A stretch of DNA of 61,470 nucleotides from assembly GCA_031369685.1 (NCBI GenBank), contig JANMPD010000239.1:1-61470 (forward strand), in the 5' to 3' direction. Each line of letters begins with the position of its first letter. Positions within the stretch are counted from its first letter, which is position 1. The notes beneath the pieces are model-generated. The model made no database searches and had not been told where the DNA came from. It saw only the letters and a program-made list of their open reading frames with translations. Origin of the DNA: Chloroflexota bacterium (GTDB lineage Bacteria; Chloroflexota; Limnocylindria; Limnocylindrales; CSP1-4). This document shows, piece after piece, positions 20,327-28,994 of the stretch. Both the position numbers and the translations under genes were made by a program.

Positions 20327-22516
20327 TCAGTCGCCGTGTCGAGTCCGGGGCGCCCGCGGCAGCGTTCGCTTGCCGGCCACGAGGAAGTGGGCGAACCAGT
20401 CACGAACCTGGACGAGGTTCTCGGCCCGTCGGAACGGCGTCCCTGATCGCGTGAGCTCGTGCGACTCGCCCGGGACTCGCATCATCCGGACCGGGCGCCG
20501 GTGCCTGCGCAGGACGGAAAACAGCGCCTCGGCCTGTCCGATGGTCGTCCGGAGGTCATGCTCCGCGTGCTGAAGGAGCAATGGCGTCCGAATGTTGGCC
20601 GCGTACGTCAGCGGCGAGAGCCGACGGAAGAGCTCCGGGTCCTCCCACGGATAGGCGCCGAGCTCCATCTTCGCCCAATCCGTGCCGCCCAGGTCACCGG
20701 TCAGCATGAGCATCGACATGTCCGTGACCGATCGGGCGGCGAGCGCCGCGCGGAAACGCTGGTCGTGGGCGATGATCCAGTTGGTCAGGTATCCGCCGTA
20801 CGAACCGCCGGTCACCCCGAGCCGATCTGGATCCGCGAGTCCATCGTGGACCAGCGCGTCGACGCCGGCGATGACGTCCTGCATCGGCCCATCGCCCCAA
20901 TCCGCAAGGTTGGCCTCGTTGAACGCCAGCCCGTAGCCCTCGGATCCCCGGGGGTTGCAATAGAAGACCGAGATGCCGGCCGCGGCGAGAACCTGGAATT
21001 CGAGGAATGGAGCCCAACCGTAGAGGGTGTGCGGTCCCCCGTGGATCTGGACGACCACGGGCCGCTTCCCGGGTCCGGCAGAGATGAGCCAGCCCTGGAT
21101 TGGACGCCCGTCGACGGTCAGCGAACGCTCGACCGCGGGCCGTTGCTGGACTTCGCCCGCGAGGTCGGCGTTGAAGTTTGAAACAGCCACCAACTCCGAT
21201 GCTGAGCTGGTCGTGGCGCGGGTGCGACCCCGACCAGCGCGACCCGGACCCGAGCCACCGGCCTTCGCGATCCGCGCCGTGTGCAGTTCGGGGAACGTGC
21301 TCGGCGTCGAGCGGAGCGCACCGATCAGGACACCGCGATCCGGCCCCTCGAGGACATCGAAGCCGGACACGTAGTGCTGACCGTGCGTGACCTGCTCCAG
21401 ATCGCCGCGCTCGAGATCGAGGCGCCACACCTCATACGAGCCGGAAATCGGAGCCATGAAGTAGACCCCTCGGCCATCGAGGGTCGGAATGAGGCGCGAA
21501 TCGTCACCGACCGTCACGTCGCTGTTCATCGATGAGCTCGGCATGATGTCGTGACGGCCCGAGACGTTGCGGCCCCCGGCTGGATCGGACCCATCGGCCG
21601 AAAAGACCCAGATGTCCGTGCGATAGCCCGCATGCGGCATGTCGCCACCCAGGACCGCCAGGTCGGCGCCCCGACCGAGCCACACCGCCGCGAGGAAGTA
21701 GGCATTCCGACGGGCAGCGACTGGAGTCTGTGCTCCCGTGGCGACATCGACGACCACCACGCGCGTGTCGGACGACAGATCGTGATCGCGTGTCCTGCCC
21801 GCGGTCACGGCAATGCGCCCGCCATCCGGCGACCAGGCCGGTCCGGACACACCCGATGCCAGGTCGGTCAGGCGCCGGGCATCGCCGGTCGCCACGTCGA
21901 CGACCCAGAGGTGCGGGGTTCGGACCGAGATGACACCGGCTCCGTTGAGCTGATAGCCGAGTCGATCGAAGAACCAGTAGTCGCTCATCGGCGGCTTGTC
22001 CGGGCCCGGGTCCCGGAGGCGGCGGCGCAATCGATCGTCGGTCGCGCGATCCGCGCCACGAGATGAGGAAATGACGGCGAGTCGCGTACCGTCGGGTGAC
22101 CAGGCGAAGTCATCGACGCCGCGCGGGAGATTCGTCAGGCGCCGGGCCTCGCCCGGGCGATCCAGCGGCAGGAGGTGGACCTGGGAGGCATCCTCCCGAT
22201 CCCGGGGACCGCCGAGTTCCTCCTCGACGACCTTCCGCCGATCGCTCAGGAATGCCAGTGTCCTGCCATCCGGAGCGAACCGGCCGCGGCCATCGTTTCG
22301 GACGCCGATCGTGAGGCGTTCCGGTTCCCCCGAAGCCGCGCCCGACGGGTCCAGCGCCACCCGCCAGATCGCGGATCGATAGCCGTCGTGGGCCGGCGAG
22401 GAGGCCTTCACCTTGCAGACGATCGATCGTCCGTCCGGTGCGAGGCGAGGATCGGTCGGGACCCGCAGGCGATACAGATCGTCCGGAACGAGGTCACGCT
22501 TGGCAATCGATGGCAA
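20327..22516 (-). CDS. S9 family serine peptidase with N-terminal TolB/WD40-like propeller
   Basis: Repeated 'SPDG'/'APDG' propeller signatures and nucleophile elbow 'GGSYGGYL'. The start codon is TTG at 22516. Confidence 0.85.
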   Translation of the reverse strand: MPSIAKRDLVPDDLYRLRVPTDPRLAPDGRSIVCKVKASSPAHDGYRSAIWRVALDPSGAASGEPERLTIGVRNDGRGRFAPDGRTLAFLSDRRKVVEEELGGPRDREDASQVHLLPLDRPGEARRLTNLPRGVDDFAWSPDGTRLAVISSSRGADRATDDRLRRRLRDPGPDKPPMSDYWFFDRLGYQLNGAGVISVRTPHLWVVDVATGDARRLTDLASGVSGPAWSPDGGRIAVTAGRTRDHDLSSDTRVVVVDVATGAQTPVAARRNAYFLAAVWLGRGADLAVLGGDMPHAGYRTDIWVFSADGSDPAGGRNVSGRHDIMPSSSMNSDVTVGDDSRLIPTLDGRGVYFMAPISGSYEVWRLDLERGDLEQVTHGQHYVSGFDVLEGPDRGVLIGALRSTPSTFPELHTARIAKAGGSGPGRAGRGRTRATTSSASELVAVSNFNADLAGEVQQRPAVERSLTVDGRPIQGWLISAGPGKRPVVVQIHGGPHTLYGWAPFLEFQVLAAAGISVFYCNPRGSEGYGLAFNEANLADWGDGPMQDVIAGVDALVHDGLADPDRLGVTGGSYGGYLTNWIIAHDQRFRAALAARSVTDMSMLMLTGDLGGTDWAKMELGAYPWEDPELFRRLSPLTYAANIRTPLLLQHAEHDLRTTIGQAEALFSVLRRHRRPVRMMRVPGESHELTRSGTPFRRAENLVQVRDWFAHFLVAGKRTLPRAPRTRHGD

Positions 22517-22581
22517 TTGGAAACTCCGATGGAACTCCGGGGGACGCCCACCCGGAGTCTACCGGCTACCATCGGGCGGCG

Positions 22582-23385
22582 ATGACTGACCAGCTTTCGC
22601 TGCGGCTCAGTGCGGCGCTGCCGAACCCGCCGACAACGCTGCGTCCGATGCTCGCCCGAACCGTGACCGAGCCGTTCGATTCGGCCGACCACCTGTTCGA
22701 GCCGTCATGGGGAGGCTTGCGCGTCCTCGCGATCATCGGGCCCGGTGAAGAGCCGGGCAGCGGCGATGTCGTGTTCCATCAACTCGACGGTGCGGTGCTG
22801 TCCATCGTGCCCGCCGAGTTGACCGGGCTTGGCGTTCGGGTTGCCGCTCGCTCGGCCGTGCTGGACGGCGAACTCGTGGTTGCCGACGCGACCGGTACGG
22901 CGGATCCGTCCGAACTGACCCGTCGGCTGGCCGGAGCGCCCGGCCGGCCGGTGGCGTTCCTCGCTTTCGACCTGCTGCATCTCGACGGCGTCTCGCTCCT
23001 TAACCAGCCCCTCGAGCGTCGTCGCCAGCTGTTGCGGCGGACGCTCCGGCCCGGTGACGAGGTCCTGACCGTCCCCGCGATCCCGGGTGAAGGGCGGGCA
23101 CTGTTCGACGCCGTCGTCGCGCAGGGCCTGGCGGGGGTGCTCGCGAGGCATCGATCCGGCCCGTATCTGCCCGGGGTTCGAAGTCGTCTGTGGCGATTCA
23201 TCCCATCGTCCGCCGAGGGCGTGGTGCGACTTCCAGGTTCGGGCGATGACGCCATGTACATCGATGAAATGGCGGGGCGGGCGGCCAGCGCGCCCGTCCT
23301 GGCGGTGATCCGACGGCTGCCACTCGGGCTCGACGATCTCGATCCCGGCAGGGGCGGCGGTTCGAGCCCTCCTGACTCGGCCTGA
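22582..23385 (+). CDS. ATP-dependent DNA ligase-like nucleotidyltransferase-fold protein with degenerate active site
   Basis: Collinear with LigD/LigC adenylation-domain motifs: I 'FEPSWGGLR' (expected KxDG), III 'AVLDGELVV', IIIa 'FLAFDLLHLDG', IV 'LAGVLAR', V 'RLWRFI'. No OB domain is present. The start is at ATG 22582 ('MTDQLS'). Confidence 0.6.
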   Translation: MTDQLSLRLSAALPNPPTTLRPMLARTVTEPFDSADHLFEPSWGGLRVLAIIGPGEEPGSGDVVFHQLDGAVLSIVPAELTGLGVRVAARSAVLDGELVVADATGTADPSELTRRLAGAPGRPVAFLAFDLLHLDGVSLLNQPLERRRQLLRRTLRPGDEVLTVPAIPGEGRALFDAVVAQGLAGVLARHRSGPYLPGVRSRLWRFIPSSAEGVVRLPGSGDDAMYIDEMAGRAASAPVLAVIRRLPLGLDDLDPGRGGGSSPPDSA

Positions 23386-23489
23386 GGAATGGGTGCGGTG
23401 CGGGCCGGACCGTGCCCTGCGCGCCGGACCGTGCGTGCGGACTCGGCCTGACTCACGGGAGCCGTGCTTGCGGACCCAGCCGCCGCCGA

Positions 23490-24809
23490 TCAGCCGTTCG
23501 GGTTGATGACGGCTCGAAGGATCCGGCGCGGCCCCGGTCGCTGCCCATAGAGCAGAACACCCGCGGCGTAGACGCGAATGGCGAGCGCGGCCACGAGACC
23601 GATCGACAGGATCAGCAGCGCGTAGGCCAGCACGAGTTCCCACGGCTCCACGCGCCCGACGGTAAGCCGCGTGAACATCACGAACGGGCTCCAGAACGGG
23701 ATGAACGAGGCAACCCTGATGAACCCCGACAGGCCGCCGGACAGGGCGAGCACCGCCTGGATGTAGCCCGCGATTCCGAGCAGGCTCATGGGGAGCGCGA
23801 TGACCTGCAGATCCTCGACGCGACTCACGAGCGACCCCGCCGCCGCGTAGATCAGGGCGTAGAGCGTGAACCCGAGCACGAAGAACGACCCATAGGCGAG
23901 GATGAACCCGGGGGTGATCCCGGACAGCGGGGGGTTGATTCCGGAACCGAGACCCAGGAACTCCGCGATCGGACGTTGGAGCGCCAGCGCGATCATCGCC
24001 GGGACGAGGATCGCAACGTACTGGACGAGGCCCGCGAGCCCGATCCCGACGACCTTGCCGAGCACGAGTTGCCGAGGTGACGCCGCGCTGATCAGCAGCT
24101 CCATGACCCGGGTTTCCTTCTCGGCAGCCACCCCGGCCGCGACCCACATGCCATAGATCGTCATGGTCAGGAAGAGGATCACGATCAGGACGGTCCCGAG
24201 GAGCTGGCGGCTCGCGATCTCGGTGGCCGCGAGCGGGACGCCTCCGGCCGTCGGGCCGGCACCGGCGAGGACGTTGAGGGTCGGCGGGAGGAACGGAACC
24301 GAGCCCGATGGATTGACCAGGTCCGTCCACTCGAGGAACGCCACCGCGAAGGTCCCGATGGCCACGAACTGGGTGCGGTCCGCACCAAGGCCCTGGCCCG
24401 TGAGGAACGTGAAATCGAGCCGGCCGCTCGCACCCCGGGTCGCGAACAGCGCTCCGTCGACACGGCCCTCACTGACGTCGGTCTTCACTGCCTCTCGGTC
24501 TGTCTCGATCGTGAAGACCCAGGAGTCCGGCGAGCCTCCGCTCGTCGTGCTGAGCACGCCGCGCATGATCGATTCGGAGCGCTGGGCGAGACTCGGGTCG
24601 TCGGCCACGATCGCGATGGTGGTCGTCGTGTCGCGGTCAACCAGCCGGACGATGATCGGCAGGAATGACACGAAGATCGCCAGGAGCGAGAGCAGGACCG
24701 TGGACGCGGCATACGGACGACTGCGGACTCGCTCGGTGAATTCGCGGCGGGCCACGATGCCCGTGTTCGGCAGGATCGGATCGGGCCGATCCGATGATCG
24801 TTCGATCAT
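23490..24809 (-). CDS. ABC-2 type transporter permease
   Basis: 439-aa protein with one N-terminal helix, a large loop and a C-terminal helix bundle. Its ATG overlaps the upstream ATPase stop (ATGA). Confidence 0.7.
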   Translation of the reverse strand: MIERSSDRPDPILPNTGIVARREFTERVRSRPYAASTVLLSLLAIFVSFLPIIVRLVDRDTTTTIAIVADDPSLAQRSESIMRGVLSTTSGGSPDSWVFTIETDREAVKTDVSEGRVDGALFATRGASGRLDFTFLTGQGLGADRTQFVAIGTFAVAFLEWTDLVNPSGSVPFLPPTLNVLAGAGPTAGGVPLAATEIASRQLLGTVLIVILFLTMTIYGMWVAAGVAAEKETRVMELLISAASPRQLVLGKVVGIGLAGLVQYVAILVPAMIALALQRPIAEFLGLGSGINPPLSGITPGFILAYGSFFVLGFTLYALIYAAAGSLVSRVEDLQVIALPMSLLGIAGYIQAVLALSGGLSGFIRVASFIPFWSPFVMFTRLTVGRVEPWELVLAYALLILSIGLVAALAIRVYAAGVLLYGQRPGPRRILRAVINPNG

Positions 24810-25897
24810 GCGGCCGGGCTCTCCTGCGTCGCCGCGTCCTGGCCTGCGTTATGGCCTGCGTCCCGGCCCGCGTTCTGGCCCGCGTTCTGGCCAGCGTCCC
24901 GGCCCGCGTTCTGGCCCGCGTTCTGGCCCCCGCCGTGGTCTGCGTCCTGTCCTTGGGCCGCATCCGCGATCGGGGCTAGGCTCGTATCCACATCCGCCGG
25001 GTGCCCGACAAGCTCGATGAAGACCTGCTCGAGGCTCGGATCGGCGACCTCGAAATGCCGAACGGGCACATTCCTGGCGATGGCGGCCGCAAGCACGGCA
25101 TCCGCCTCGGTCCCCGGGTCGAGACCCAGCTCAACACGATCGAGTCCGGGCCGGATCACCCGCACGCCCGGCAGGTCGCCCGTCCACGCCAGGTCATGGC
25201 CGATCTCCGTGGCCAGGAGGACGCTCTGCCGGCCAGTCGAACGCTTCACCTCACGCAGCGTGCCGTCGATCACGGTTCGGCCCCGATCGATGATCGCGAT
25301 CGATTCGCACATCGCCTCGACGGTTTCCATCTGATGCGTGGAAAGGACGATGGTCTTGCCCCGGGCGCGGAGTTCGAGGATGGCCTGGCGAAGCAGGACC
25401 ACGTTGACGGGGTCGAGGCCGGTGAACGGCTCGTCGAGAAGGAGGATCTCGGGATCGTGGATGACCGCAGCCAGGAACTGGACTTTCTGCTGGTTCCCCT
25501 TCGACAGCTCCCCCGCCTTGCGTGTGGCGAAGTCGGGTACGCGGAGTCGGGTCAGCCACTCGTTCGCTGTTCGGGCGGCCCGATCGGCCGGCATGCCGTG
25601 GAGGCGTCCGAAGAACACGAGCTGATCGAGGACGGTCATCTTCGGATAGAGCCCGCGCTCCTCGGGCAGGTAACCCCATGTCGCCCGCGGCAGGCGTCGA
25701 TGGTCCACGCCTCCCCAGGCCAGCGCACCGCTGTCCGCCCGGAGCACGCCGAGCGCGATCCGCATGGTCGTGGTCTTGCCGGCGCCGTTGGCTCCGAGGA
25801 ATCCGTAGATGTGGCCCTGCGGGATCTCGAGGGACAGGCCGTCGAGGGCCTGGATCCGACCGAACCGCTTGTGGAGATTGTCGAAGACCAGTGACAT
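24806..25897 (-). CDS. ABC transporter ATP-binding protein with (GQNA)n repeat tail
   Basis: Walker A 'GANGAGKTT', signature 'LSKGNQQKV' and Walker B 'ILLLDEPF'. The start is at 'MSLVFDNL' (ATG 25897). The upstream part of the 547-aa ORF is shadow. Confidence 0.9.
   Translation of the reverse strand: MSLVFDNLHKRFGRIQALDGLSLEIPQGHIYGFLGANGAGKTTTMRIALGVLRADSGALAWGGVDHRRLPRATWGYLPEERGLYPKMTVLDQLVFFGRLHGMPADRAARTANEWLTRLRVPDFATRKAGELSKGNQQKVQFLAAVIHDPEILLLDEPFTGLDPVNVVLLRQAILELRARGKTIVLSTHQMETVEAMCESIAIIDRGRTVIDGTLREVKRSTGRQSVLLATEIGHDLAWTGDLPGVRVIRPGLDRVELGLDPGTEADAVLAAAIARNVPVRHFEVADPSLEQVFIELVGHPADVDTSLAPIADAAQGQDADHGGGQNAGQNAGRDAGQNAGQNAGRDAGHNAGQDAATQESPAA
24837..24932 (-). repeat. In-frame 12-nt tandem repeat x8 encoding (GQNA/GRDA)n tail of ABC ATPase
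   Basis: Plus-strand units are tcctggcctgcg / ttatggcctgcg / tcccggcccgcg / ttctggcccgcg / and so on, read directly. Confidence 0.9.
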
Positions 25898-25950
25898 CTG
25901 GCGGAGGATAGCCGGGAAGCGCACGTCCGTCCCGGCCCCCAATGGTCCCG

Positions 25951-28551
25951 TCAGGCGACCCATACCGTCCGGCCGCGGGCCCGGACGAGTTCCGCGGCGA
26001 TGGCCGGCAGCAGGGCAACAAATGCAATCAGCAGCCACTCCCGCAGGTCGAGTCCGCTGGCCCGGAAGGCGTCGGCCAGGGCCGGCACGAAGGGGATGGC
26101 AGCCTGGATCAGCACGACCAGTGCGCCGCCAACGAGCAGGACCCGGTTGCCGCCGATCCGGACCACCGGGATCCGGAGGCTGCGATTGGCGTACGCGCGG
26201 ACAACCTGCCCGCAGACCAGGGCCGTAAACGCAAGCCAACGGACGTGGTCCGGGCTCCCCGCCTGTGTTTCGAGCAACCACAGCGCCGCGGCGGCCGAGA
26301 AACCACCGGCCAGGGCGATCCGGAGCAGCAGACCCGTGGACAGGAGCGGCGCTCCCGGCCGGCGGGGTGGGCGCTGCATGACGTCCGGCTCGCCTGGTTC
26401 GCGCTCGAACGCGATGGACGTGGAGGTATCGATGAACAGCTCCATCCACAGGATCTGGATCGGCAGGAGTGGCTGGCCGTGGCCGGCGAGTGTCGCGAGC
26501 AGGACGAACCCGAGGAATGCGAGGTGGGTCGAGATGAGGAAGACGAGGCCCTTCTGGATGTTGTCGACCAATCGACGTCCCTCGCGCAGCCCGAACATGA
26601 GGGTCACGAACGAATCGTCCCCGAGGACCAGGTCCGCGGCCTCGCGAGCGACGGCGGTCCCGCTTCCCATCGCGACGGCAACGTCGGCATTGTGGAGCGC
26701 CGGCGCATCGTTCACGCCATCGCCGGTGACCGCAACCATGTGGCCGGCACCCCGCGCGACCCGCACAAGACGCTCCTTCTGCTCGGGCGTCGATCGCGCC
26801 ACGACCTGGATCGAGGGCAATTCACGCGCCAGGTGGACGTCGTCCCAGGCCGCGATCTCGGCCCCGGTCACGATCCGCTCGCCACCCAGGCCCGCCGCCC
26901 GGGCGATCGCAGCCGCCGTCGCCGGGTGGTCGCCGGTCACCACGATCGTCTGGATTCCCGCACCTTCGGCTTCGCGCATTGCCGGTCCGATGCCACGCCG
27001 GAGCGGATCGGCGAACCCGATCAGTCCGCGCATCGCCCAGGGATGGCCGCCCTGGGCCGCAGCCACCCCGATGAGCCGCTCCCCCGCCTCGGTTCCGAGG
27101 GTGATCTGCACGTTCCAGGCGGCAAGCTCGATGCGATCGGACGACCCGTCCATGGCAAGCACCGCCTCGGGCGCGCCCGTTGCGAGGCGCTCATGGGATC
27201 CGCCGCGGTTGGCGATGGTGATCGACACGGGTCGCGATCCGGTGGGTGGGTCGGTCGAGACCAGGTCAGCACGATCGAGTCGGACATCCATGCCCTCGCC
27301 CTCGAGGGCCCGGAGCAGCCCCTGGGTGAAGGCCCCGGGGCTGAGACCCTCACCGATGGCCCACGCGTCGGACTCCGCGCGCAGGGCGTCCTCCAGGATC
27401 GCCATGCGCTCCGCTCGGTCAGCGATCGGCCCGGACGCAGCGCGCACCGAGGCCACCTCCAGGCGATTCAGGGTGAGCGTTCCGGTCTTGTCGGTGATGA
27501 TCAGGCTGATGGCCCCGAGGACCTCTTCGGCGTTGAGCCTGCGGACGAGGACGCCTCGCTTGAGGAGCCGATAGGCACCCAGGCCGAGGATCACGGCCAG
27601 CAGGACCGGAGGTTCCTCCGGGATCGCCGCGATCGCCGCCGAGATGCCGGCCAGCAGGTTTTCGCCGAGCGTCTGACCGCGAACGAACCCGAGGCCGGCC
27701 ACGATCGCGATCAGGGCGATCGCGACGACCAGCATGATTCGCACGAGGCGGTCCAGCTCGTGCTGGAGCGGTGATCGGCGCACGATCCGATCGGTCAGGC
27801 CTCCGGCGATCCTGCCGATCTCGCTGGCCGCCCCGATCGACACCACCAGGCCGGCACCGGATCCGCCGACCACGCTGGTGCCGGCATATGCCATCGTTCG
27901 TCGATCAGCGAGCACGGCGCCCGCTGGATCAGCCGCGGTATGCACGGGTTCTGGCACCGATTCGCCGGTCAGCGCGCTGCGGTCGACGAGCAGCCGATCC
28001 GTGTTGATGATGCGCACGTCCGCCGGCACGATGTCGCCGACGCTGAGGAGAACCACGTCGCCGGGCACCAGTCCTGCCGCCGGAACGTCCCTGGCGGCAC
28101 CATCACGTCGAACGCGGGCCGTCGGCGCCGAGGCATCGCGAAGCGCGTCGAGGGCACGCTCGGCTCGGTATTCCGTGACCACATCCGCCCCGACGATCGG
28201 GAGCAGACCGATCACGATCAGCAGGCCGTCGCGAACCTCGCCCAGCGCGATGGCCAGGAGGCCGGCCACGGCAAGGACGAGGACGAACGGCTCGGTCGCC
28301 GCCTCAACGAGCATTGCGGCGATCGACTCCCGGCGGGGAGGCTCGAGCTCGTTGGGACCGAGAACGGCCGCGCGAGCCTCGACGTCGGCGGTCGACAACC
28401 CGCGGCCGGGATCTACCCCCAGCGCGTTGGAGACGTCTTCGGCCGGACGGGCATAGGCGTCGGCAAGACGCCCGGACAAGCCTTCGAGATCGATCACCTC
28501 ATCATGATCGCGCACGGCGTCGACAGCGTCCTCGGCGCGGGGGATGCACAA
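25951..28551 (-). CDS. Cation-transporting P-type ATPase (P2-like)
   Basis: Phosphorylation site 'ITDKTGTLT', hinge '[14 protein letters not shown]' and actuator-domain 'LTGES' are present, with 'AIPEEPP' at the M4 position. The exact start is uncertain because it overlaps the divergent DUF971 ORF. Confidence 0.9.
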   Translation of the reverse strand: MCIPRAEDAVDAVRDHDEVIDLEGLSGRLADAYARPAEDVSNALGVDPGRGLSTADVEARAAVLGPNELEPPRRESIAAMLVEAATEPFVLVLAVAGLLAIALGEVRDGLLIVIGLLPIVGADVVTEYRAERALDALRDASAPTARVRRDGAARDVPAAGLVPGDVVLLSVGDIVPADVRIINTDRLLVDRSALTGESVPEPVHTAADPAGAVLADRRTMAYAGTSVVGGSGAGLVVSIGAASEIGRIAGGLTDRIVRRSPLQHELDRLVRIMLVVAIALIAIVAGLGFVRGQTLGENLLAGISAAIAAIPEEPPVLLAVILGLGAYRLLKRGVLVRRLNAEEVLGAISLIITDKTGTLTLNRLEVASVRAASGPIADRAERMAILEDALRAESDAWAIGEGLSPGAFTQGLLRALEGEGMDVRLDRADLVSTDPPTGSRPVSITIANRGGSHERLATGAPEAVLAMDGSSDRIELAAWNVQITLGTEAGERLIGVAAAQGGHPWAMRGLIGFADPLRRGIGPAMREAEGAGIQTIVVTGDHPATAAAIARAAGLGGERIVTGAEIAAWDDVHLARELPSIQVVARSTPEQKERLVRVARGAGHMVAVTGDGVNDAPALHNADVAVAMGSGTAVAREAADLVLGDDSFVTLMFGLREGRRLVDNIQKGLVFLISTHLAFLGFVLLATLAGHGQPLLPIQILWMELFIDTSTSIAFEREPGEPDVMQRPPRRPGAPLLSTGLLLRIALAGGFSAAAALWLLETQAGSPDHVRWLAFTALVCGQVVRAYANRSLRIPVVRIGGNRVLLVGGALVVLIQAAIPFVPALADAFRASGLDLREWLLIAFVALLPAIAAELVRARGRTVWVA

Positions 28552-28906
28552 TCGGGTCGTGAAGACCCTCCCGTCCGGCGATCAGGCACTCCCGGTCCGG
28601 ATTCATGCCGATCGGTCCGCCGGGACGCTCGAGATCGACTGGGCCGACGAGCATCGGTCTACCTTCGGGGCGGTCGGCCTTCGATGGCTGTGCCCATGCG
28701 CTTACTGCCGCGGTGAGGCCGGGATGCCCGGCTGGCTGGATACATCGCCGACCTTGACCGCGGAACAGACCCGGCTCGTCGATGTTCACCTCATCGGCTC
28801 GTACGCCCTGGCACCGGGCTGGGCTGACGGCCACCACACCGGCTACTACCCGTTCGTGCTGCTCCGTGACCGCTGTCCGTGCGAGGCCTGCGCCGCCGGA
28901 CGCTGA
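28544..28906 (+). CDS. DUF971-family protein (gamma-butyrobetaine hydroxylase N-terminal-like)
   Basis: 120 aa with 'LEIDWADEHRSTF...LRWLCPCAYC' and a second motif 'RCPCEAC'. The start may be an internal GTG. Confidence 0.6.
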   Translation: MHNRVVKTLPSGDQALPVRIHADRSAGTLEIDWADEHRSTFGAVGLRWLCPCAYCRGEAGMPGWLDTSPTLTAEQTRLVDVHLIGSYALAPGWADGHHTGYYPFVLLRDRCPCEACAAGR

Positions 28907-28994
28907 CCATCGCGAGGGCATTCGTGCGACCGGGGCTCCGCTCGATGACCCGCGGCCTGCGGCCGCGAGGGTGGCCACGGATCGGGTGAGTACC

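Noticed and set aside
23374-23451. Nested short direct repeats (GACTCGGCCTGA x2, GCCGGACCGTGC x2) in the convergent gap after the ligase-like gene.
   Set aside because: They are real in the sequence, but only 12 nt each. No stem-loop or second genomic copy is visible in the window. They are probably slippage debris.
24837-24932. Possible CRISPR-like regular repeats (also at 39259-39378, 11190-11262 and 57010-57081).
   Set aside because: The units are 12-24 nt, directly abutting with no spacers, in frame inside coding regions. They encode peptide repeats. No cas genes are present. These are not CRISPR arrays.
25942-27774. Long antisense or alternate-frame ORFs here and at 7290-8552, 19094-20446, 22705-24330, 35902-37224, 38011-39330 and 40126-41583 (300-610 aa each).
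   Set aside because: All lie opposite to, or out of frame with, genes that carry unambiguous family motifs. All have the Arg/Gly/Pro/Asp-rich, low-complexity composition expected from stop-codon-poor high-GC sequence. None has a recognisable motif.
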